Shown: positions 57,406 to 64,000 of the stretch, in pieces | Layout of the letters: the number at the start of each line of letters is the position of its first letter | How positions within the stretch are numbered: position 1 is the stretch's first letter | Source of the DNA: an uncultured Actinomycetes bacterium | GTDB lineage: Bacteria; Actinomycetota; Thermoleophilia; UBA2241 | DNA: 64,000 nucleotides | NCBI GenBank assembly: GCA_963709345.1 | Contig: CAVPVX010000004.1 | Span: forward strand, 1 to 64,000 | Reading direction: 5' to 3' | Program-made: the position numbers and the translations under genes | Notes under the pieces: model-generated | What the model saw: the letters and a program-made list of their open reading frames with translations, nothing else | Databases searched by the model: none | Told to the model about the DNA's origin: nothing

Positions 57406-57586
57406 CGTGGGTACTCCCTTCAGTGGCCCACATCTAGAGTGTACCCTCCCGCGCCGTTTCCCAGTGGGCAGATGTGGGTTACGACGGGGCGCGGGGCGCC
57501 CGAAGCGTGTGCCGCGCCGACAGCGTGCGACGCCGGGTGGGCGCCGGCCGGCGACAGCGTCGCCGGCGCCCGGTAGACTGGAGCGC

Positions 57587-58520
57587 ATGGCAGCCGAGTC
57601 GAAGAGGGCCATCGTGGCGGCGATCGTCGGCAACTGCGCCATCGCCGTGATCAAGTTCATCGCCGGGGGCATCACCGGCAGTTCGGCGATGATCAGCGAG
57701 GGCATCCACTCGGTGGTCGACACCGGCAACGGCGGGCTGCTCTTCTACGGCTTGCGCCGCGGCGCCCGCCCGGCCGACGAGAACCATCCGTTCGGGCACG
57801 GCATGGAGGTCTACTTCTGGAGCCTGATCGTCGCCGTGAGCATCTTCGGCATCGGCGGCGGCATGTCGATCTACGAGGGCATCACGCACATCCAGCACCC
57901 CGTGGAGCTCCAAGACCCCACCATCAACTACATCGTGCTGGCCCTGGCAATGGTGTTCGAGGCCTACTCGTTCAGCGTCGCGTGGCGGGTCTTCCGCAAG
58001 ACACGGGGCACGCGACGGACGTTCTCGCGCGATCCACCACGGCAAGGACCCAAGCCTGTTCACCGTGCTCTTCGAGGACACCGCCGCGCTGCTCGGCCTC
58101 GTGGTCGCGTTCGTCGGCGTGTTCCTCAGCCACCAGCTCGACGCCCCCGTACTGGACGGGACGGCATCCATCGTGATCGGCGGCATCCTCGTCGTAGCCG
58201 CGCTGTGGCTCGCTTACGAGAGCCGCAGCCTGCTGGTCGGCGAGGCGGCGGACCCGGAGATGGTCGCCGCGATCCGCGCGCTCGTGCTCGCCGACCCTGC
58301 GGTGACCGGCCTCGGGGCGGTGCTCACCATGCACCTCGGCCCGGACGATGTGCTGCTCAACCTCGAAGCGCGCTTCACCGAGGGGCTGCCCGCAGAGGAG
58401 ATCCACGCCGCCATCCACCGCATTGAAGCGCGGATCGGCGAGCCGTATCCTTCGGTGAGCCGCGTCTTCATCGAGGTGCAGGCGTTACGGCCTGCCTCGG
58501 CGGGTAAGGGAGAAGAGTAA
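57587..58520 (+). CDS. Cation diffusion facilitator transporter; frameshift near 58028
   Basis: TGSSAMISEGIHSVVDTGN and HPFGHG in ORF 57356..58426; LFEDTAALLG and SLLVGEAA in ORF 58065..58520. Confidence 0.9.
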
Positions 58521-58647
58521 GCAGGGGCGCACGCACGCCACAATGAGTCGCGCCCCTCGCGTCTTCATCTGCCTCTCGACTCCGGCTCATGCCCCGGCAC
58601 GGTGAGGTTGCGTTTCCCCGTTTCTCGTCACCAGCGCCCGGAGGCCC

Positions 58648-59196
58648 GTGCTTCAAGGCTGGATCGTCTATCCGCTCGCCATCGCCGCCGCCGTCCTCGT
58701 GGGCCGGCGGGATGCACGCCTTGGCCTGCCCGCTTTCGTTGTGGCGATGCGGGTCCTCTTCGTGCTCTACCTCGGCTGGGTCGCCGGCGCGACGCTGTTC
58801 CCGCTGCCTGCCGGCTCGCTTGCCGCATCCCTGGACGCGGCCGGCCGTGGCGTGAGCGTCGGGCTGACGCCGCTGGCGTCGATCCGCGAGGTGATCGCCA
58901 CCGGCACGCCCTTCGTCCAGGTCTGGATCATCGGGGGCAACGTGCTGACGCTGGCGCCGTTCGGCTTTCTGCTGCCCTTCGCGGCGCCCCGCCTGGCCAC
59001 CGCCCGGCGCATGGCGGTCTCGGCGCTCCTCCTTCCGCTGGGCATCGAGCTGAGCCAGCTCGCCGTTTCGCTCGTGCTCGGCTACTCCTACCGCGTCACG
59101 GAGGTCGACGACGTGCTCCTGAACTTCGTGGGGGTGCTGCTGGGGTACGGCGCGTTCGCCGCGCTGCGCCGCACGGAGAGCGTGCCGGTCGAGTAA
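58648..59196 (+). CDS. VanZ-family membrane protein
   Basis: TLFP, GNVLTLAPFGFLLP, IELSQ and DDVLLNFVG motifs. Confidence 0.88.
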   Translation: MLQGWIVYPLAIAAAVLVGRRDARLGLPAFVVAMRVLFVLYLGWVAGATLFPLPAGSLAASLDAAGRGVSVGLTPLASIREVIATGTPFVQVWIIGGNVLTLAPFGFLLPFAAPRLATARRMAVSALLLPLGIELSQLAVSLVLGYSYRVTEVDDVLLNFVGVLLGYGAFAALRRTESVPVE

Positions 59197-59228
59197 GCTG
59201 GCGGTCGACACGGCGTGGGCCGCCTACC

Positions 59229-59546
59229 ATGGGGGAGCGAGATGACGGGGATGCCGGTGGCGCCGATGCGGGCTCATCGACTGGAACACCGGTGAAGAAG
59301 GCGCTCGGGCTGCTCGGCGTCGGGTTCGCTCTGGTGGGTGTCGCGTGGCTTGTGTCGCTCTTCGTGCACGGTGGGTGGGTGCTGTTCGCGTTCGTCACCG
59401 GCGGGCTCGCCGTCTTCTTCCTCATGCTGGTTCGCGGCGAGCTGGCGAGCGGGGACAAGCGCCGCCCGCCCGGCGCTTTCGGCTACCTGCTCGTCGCCGC
59501 GCCGCTCGCCGCCGCCGCCGTCCTGTCTATCGTGCTGTACGCGTAG
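59229..59546 (+). CDS. Small three-TM hypothetical protein (start may be 59292)
   Basis: Three hydrophobic segments at the 3' end of ORF 58602..59546. Confidence 0.55.
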   Translation: MGERDDGDAGGADAGSSTGTPVKKALGLLGVGFALVGVAWLVSLFVHGGWVLFAFVTGGLAVFFLMLVRGELASGDKRRPPGAFGYLLVAAPLAAAAVLSIVLYA

Positions 59547-59743
59547 GCCGCGCAGACGATCCGGCAGCGGCATCGCGGGTGGCGCCGCCCGAACGTGTGC
59601 ACGCCGCGCGGGAGCCGGCGCCGCTGCCCGCGCCGGGGCGACGAAGTCCCCCCCGGCGTGTACACTGGACGTGCCCGGTCGGCGCAGCGCCGCCGGGCCT
59701 TTGACCGTTCTTCACCCGCGACCCCGACAGAAAGACTACGACC

Positions 59744-61699
59744 GTGCACGCCGTCAGCAACATCCGTAATCTGGCCATCATCGCCCACATCGACCACGGC
59801 AAGACGACCCTGATCGACAGCATCTTCCGCGCCGCCCACGTGTTCCGCGAGAGCGCGCACGTCGACGAACGCGTGATGGACAGCAACGACTTGGAGCGCG
59901 AGCGCGGCATCACGATCCGCTCCAAGCACTGCACGGTGGAGTGGAAGGACTATCTGATCAACATCATCGACACCCCCGGCCACGCCGACTTCAGCGGCGA
60001 GGTCGAGCGGGTGCTCAGCATGGTGGATTCGGTGCTTCTTCTGGTGGACGCCAACGAAGGGCCGATGCCGCAAACGCGGTACGTGCTCATGCGGGCGCTC
60101 GGCTTCGGGCTGCGGCCGATCGTCATCGTCAACAAGGCGGACCGGCCCAACGCCGATCCGTCGGGCGCGCTCGACAAGACCTTCGACCTCTTCGTCGAGC
60201 TGGGCGCGAACAACGAGCAACTCGACTTCCCCGTGCTGTACGGATCCGGCCTCGAAGGCTGGATCGTCGGCGACCTGGAGGAGTACCAGAAGGAAGAGCG
60301 CGAGCGCGAGGAGCACCTGGCCGACGGCGGGACGCTCTCGCCGGCGCTGCTCAAGGAGCTTGCCGACGTTGCCATGAACGACCTCTTTGAGACGATCATC
60401 GAGAAGGTCCCGGCGCCCCAGGTCGACCAGGACGCGCCGTTCCTCATGCAGGTGAGCACCCTCGCCTGGAGCGACTACATCGGCCGCATCGGCTGCGGGC
60501 GCGTGCTCGCCGGCGGCCTCAGAATCGGCGACGAACTGCAGCGCATCAGGACGCGGCACCTTGAGATCGGCGACCCGGACGCCGGCTGGGAGTTCACCGG
60601 CACGACGCCCGCGCGCGTGACGCACCTTTGGGTCACGCGCGGGCTCGAGAACCGCGAGGTCGACGAGGCCGTCGCCGGCGACATCGTCTGGCTCGCGGGC
60701 CCTGAAGACATCACGCTCGGCGACACGCTCGCGTCACCGGAGCGGGAGGCGGCCGACGCCGCCCTGCCGCCGCTCGAGATCGAAGAGCCCACGGTCAGCA
60801 TGTTCTTTCTCGTCAACAACGGCCCGTTCGCCGGCCAGGACGGGAAAGCCGCGACGCTGCGCCAGATCAAGGACCGGCTGGAGCGCGAGCTGCGCGTCAA
60901 CGTCGCGCTGCGCGTCGAGGACCTCGGCCGCCCCGACGGCGTCAAGGTGAGCGGCCGCGGCGAGCTGCACCTCGCGATCCTCATCGAGGAGATGCGTCGC
61001 GAGGGCCTCGAGCTCTGCGTCAGCCGCCCCGAGGTCATCACGCACCGCGACAAGCGCGGGAGGCTCCTCGAGCCGATGGAACAGCTGATCATCGACGTGC
61101 CGGAAGAGTACCAGGGCGCGATCATCCAGGAGATCAGCCTGCGCAAGGGCGAACTGGTGGCCGTCGAGGCGACCGGCACCGGTCTCGTCCGCCTCGAGTT
61201 CACGATCACGACGCGCGGCCTGATCGGCTACCGCAACGACTTCCTCACCGAGACGCGCGGCCTGGGCGTGATGAGTTCGCGGTTCACGGGCTACGGCCCG
61301 TGGAAGGGCGACCTACCCGGCCGCGAGCGCGGCTCGCTGGTGAGCCAGACCGGCGGCGAGGCGGCCGGCTACTCGCTCGAGAACCTGCAGAACCGCGCCG
61401 TGCTCTTCGTCGGTAACATGACGCCGGTCTACGAAGGGATGATCGTCGGTGAGAACTCGCGCGCCGACGACATGCTCTGCAACCCGACGAAGCGCAAGCA
61501 GCTCGGCAACTACCGGCAGTCGACCAAGGACATCGACGCCGGGCTCAAGGTGCCACGCGCGATCACTCTCGAGAGCGCGCTCGAGTGGATCGCCGACGAC
61601 GAGCTCGTCGAGGTCACGCCCAAGATCGTGCGCGTGCGCAAGCACATCCTCAGCACCGAGCAGCGCAAGAAGTCCGAGAAGCGCGGCGCGGAGGCCTGA
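59744..61699 (+). CDS. typA: Translational GTPase TypA/BipA
   Basis: [34 protein letters not shown] and DDELVEVTP motifs. Confidence 0.95.
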   Translation: MHAVSNIRNLAIIAHIDHGKTTLIDSIFRAAHVFRESAHVDERVMDSNDLERERGITIRSKHCTVEWKDYLINIIDTPGHADFSGEVERVLSMVDSVLLLVDANEGPMPQTRYVLMRALGFGLRPIVIVNKADRPNADPSGALDKTFDLFVELGANNEQLDFPVLYGSGLEGWIVGDLEEYQKEEREREEHLADGGTLSPALLKELADVAMNDLFETIIEKVPAPQVDQDAPFLMQVSTLAWSDYIGRIGCGRVLAGGLRIGDELQRIRTRHLEIGDPDAGWEFTGTTPARVTHLWVTRGLENREVDEAVAGDIVWLAGPEDITLGDTLASPEREAADAALPPLEIEEPTVSMFFLVNNGPFAGQDGKAATLRQIKDRLERELRVNVALRVEDLGRPDGVKVSGRGELHLAILIEEMRREGLELCVSRPEVITHRDKRGRLLEPMEQLIIDVPEEYQGAIIQEISLRKGELVAVEATGTGLVRLEFTITTRGLIGYRNDFLTETRGLGVMSSRFTGYGPWKGDLPGRERGSLVSQTGGEAAGYSLENLQNRAVLFVGNMTPVYEGMIVGENSRADDMLCNPTKRKQLGNYRQSTKDIDAGLKVPRAITLESALEWIADDELVEVTPKIVRVRKHILSTEQRKKSEKRGAEA

Positions 61700-61734
61700 C
61701 GGCGCGCTCGGCTGTCGCTGGGCGGTCTGCCGCC

Positions 61735-62200
61735 TCAGGCGCTCCGCCGGTCGCGCACCACGAGCTCGACCTCGCAGCCCAGCACCTGCAGCAGCGACAG
61801 CATCTTGTCGACCGACTTGCGGTAGTCGGTGGGGTCGATCAGCCGGTAGAACTGCGCCGGCGAGGTGCCGAGCCGGCGGATGGTCTCTCGCTTGGATACC
61901 CGCGTCGTCTCCAGGCGCTTCAGAGCCTGGACAGTCAGGTTGTAGAGGAGCAGGTCGCGCATGTGGCCCGGCTCTTCGTTGTAGTCGAAGACCCAGTCGA
62001 GCAGTACGCACCCATCGGCGCCAGACGCGAGAATGCAGCCGAAGCCTTCGTTGCCGAGTTCCGGGTCGATGAAGAGGTCGATGCGGAAGCCGATACCTTG
62101 CGCGGTAGCACTTGGCGAGGCTCAGGGGCATGGATGGAGCCTGCGCCGCAAGGAGTCGTCCGTCGTCGTATGACGTGCGAGGAGTCCCCCTGCCTCGACA
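61735..62200 (-). pseudogene. Decayed HTH antitoxin-like gene with possible upstream partner remnant
   Basis: Open frame IDLFIDPELGNEGF...DYNEEPGHMRDLLLYNLT...SKRETIRRLGTSPAQFYRL (HTH); 5' end disrupted. Confidence 0.55.
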
Positions 62201-62337
62201 ACGTGATCGCGGCAGTCGCCGACGCTGCTACGGTCTTCGGCTCCGCCGCATCCCCGTCCCCCGCAGCCCAGCCGACACCTGGTCGTTGGTCAACCGCTAC
62301 TCCCGCAGTCTACAGCGTGTCGCGGTTGGCGGCCGGG

Positions 62338-63677
62338 TCAGCCCAGGTCAGCCAGGATCAGGTCGACGTCTTCGCGTGTCGTCAGCGGGTTGATGAAGCA
62401 GAAGCGAAGGACCATCTCGCCGAGGTGCCTCGTCGGGGTGATCATTCCGAGCCCGCTGCGCAGGGCCTCTTCGCTCCACGCCTTGTAGTCCGTCTCCTTC
62501 CAGCCCAGCCGCCGGAACATCATCACGGTGAGCGCCGGCTCGAGTACGAGCTCGAGAACAGGGCCCGCCGCGATGCGCTCGGCTGCGTAGGCGGCATGTC
62601 GAGGCAGTAGTCCACCGCCTCGGTGTACGCGGCCGTGCCGTTGGCGAGGACCGAGGCCCACAAGGGCACTCCCCGGACCCGGCGGGTGAGGTGGACGGCC
62701 AGGTCTGACGGATTGCCGGCGGCATCGTCGCTGATGGCGTCCAGGTAGTCGGCCTCCTGGGTCAGGGCGCCCCGGGCGAGGGCGCCGTCGCGATAGAGCA
62801 CCGCGGCGCAGTCGAATCCGGCGTACAGCCACTTGTGTGGATTGACGATGAACGAGTCGGCGCGCTCGATGCCGGTGAAGAGGGCGCGCGTGCGTGGTGA
62901 GAGCAGGGCCGCGCCGCCGTAGGCGGCGTCCACGTGCATCCAGATGCCGCGCTCGCGACACACGTCGGCGACGCCGGCGAGGTCGTCGACGGCGCCGGTG
63001 TTCGTCGCGCCGGCCGTGGCGACGACCGCGACGACACTCTCCGGGTCACGGCCGCGGAGCGCAGAGGACAGCGTGTGCCCCGTGAGGCGCCCGTGATCGT
63101 CGGCCGCCGGCACGCTGCAGAGATCGCACCCCATGATCCGCGCCGCCGCGAGCATGGAAGCGTGCGCGGAGGCGCCGGCCACGATCGCCTGACGCGCCGG
63201 CGCGGCGTGCCTGTCGCCGCGCGCCGCCACCAGCGCGCTGAGGTTCGCGATGGAGCCGCCGCTGACGAACGCGCCGGCCGCCGTGGAGGGGAAGCCGGCG
63301 GCGTCCGCGAGCCACCGCAGCGCCGCGTCCTCCGCGTCGGCCGCGAGACCCGCCTCGATGCGGCTGCCACCGAAGATCATGGCCGGCGCCACGGCCATGT
63401 CGGCCAGCGCCGCGACGACCGTCGGCGTGCCGGGCACGAACGCGAGAAAGCGTGGGTGGTCGGGCGGGAGCGCCGTGCGAAAGACGACGTCCCGGAGCAG
63501 GTGCAGCGTGGCCTTCGCGCCGATCCCCTCGGCCGTCAGAGCGGGCAGCGGCGCATTCGCCGCCACGGCCGGCAGGATCGAGCGCCGGTCGGCAAGCCTT
63601 GCAAGCGCCCACTCGAGCGTCTCGCGGGCGGCTGCGGCGTCTTCGGGTCCGGGCACGTGCATGGGCATGCGTGCCAT
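62338..63677 (-). CDS. Group II PLP-dependent amino-acid decarboxylase; frameshift near 62585
   Basis: DHPRFLAF, FVSGGSIANL, AHAS, TAGATNTGAVDD, HVDAAYGG and NPHKWL motifs; C-terminal RFCFINP in ORF 62338..62961. Confidence 0.9.
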
Positions 63678-63689
63678 CCTACTCTCGGG

Positions 63690-63927
63690 CCTGGTCTGCG
63701 TCGTCGACTACCTCAACGACACGCTGATCATGTACACGCCCGGCGGCGCGCTCGTGGACGTGTGGGGAGGATACCGCTCGGCGCCCGGCCGCTTCGCGAA
63801 CCCGAGCCGCGTGGCTGTGGGCCCAGCCGGCTCCGTCTACGTCACCGACGAGCGGAGCCACTGTGTGCGGACCTTCACCGTCGCCGGGAACGCGACGGCG
63901 GTGAGCGGCGTTCTTGTCGTGCGCTGA
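63690..63927 (+). pseudogene. NHL-repeat gene fragment
   Basis: PGRFANPSRVAVGPAGSVYVTD...HCVRTF; about 1.5 repeats and no convincing start. Confidence 0.6.
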
Positions 63928-64000
63928 CGCCCGGCCGCCGCCGCGGAGCGAGGCGCGCCGCGCGGGGCAGCGCACGCGGCCTCAGACTTCGTCGAACACC

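Noticed and set aside
58648-59196. VanZ as part of a glycopeptide-resistance cluster
   Set aside because: No vanHAX/RS genes are nearby, and orphan VanZ-like genes are common.
62070-62096. Second GCCGATAC sigma28-like site on the + strand
   Set aside because: It lies antisense within a pseudogene with no credible downstream gene, so it is probably chance.
1-63677. Many frameshifts (cbiB, cobD, can, mmsA, oppB, 38008 gene, 52467/53530 genes, CDF, decarboxylase) as programmed frameshifting or mass pseudogenisation
   Set aside because: They are single-base indels scattered through otherwise well-conserved genes, and I saw no shared slippery motif. Long-read consensus error is the simplest explanation, though real decay in 1-2400 cannot be excluded.

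Overview
High-GC bacterial chromosomal window with mostly housekeeping and metabolic genes. The gene repertoire and frequent leaderless promoters suggest a deep-branching actinobacterium such as Thermoleophilia (inference). About ten genes carry single-base frameshifts, probably long-read assembly errors. In order, it contains: cobalamin genes (cbiB, cobD, internally deleted cbiA), carbonic anhydrase, zupT, a Fur-family/DUF71/btuFCD-like operon, TetR-controlled mmsA, a peptide ABC transporter with two binding proteins next to an NlpC/P60 and a dipeptide epimerase, fabI, an ECF sigma/anti-sigma pair, murB, a CymR-like Rrf2-metY-metX-metW operon, a cold-shock protein with an acidic repeat tail, YhaM, two GAF-GGDEF genes, etfB-etfA-acyl-CoA dehydrogenase, two SH3 proteins, gltX and typA. 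I found no rRNA, tRNA, CRISPR array or intact mobile element. The best-supported hidden feature is a BCP/PrxQ peroxiredoxin with an in-frame TGA at the catalytic Cys followed by a SECIS-like hairpin, a selenoprotein the ORF track misses. The best candidate for an undescribed system is a c-di-GMP module: a sigma28/WhiG-type promoter, a hairpin leader and a small [D/E]RR-repeat protein, divergent from an active/degenerate GGDEF pair. All family calls come from motif recognition; no database search was run.
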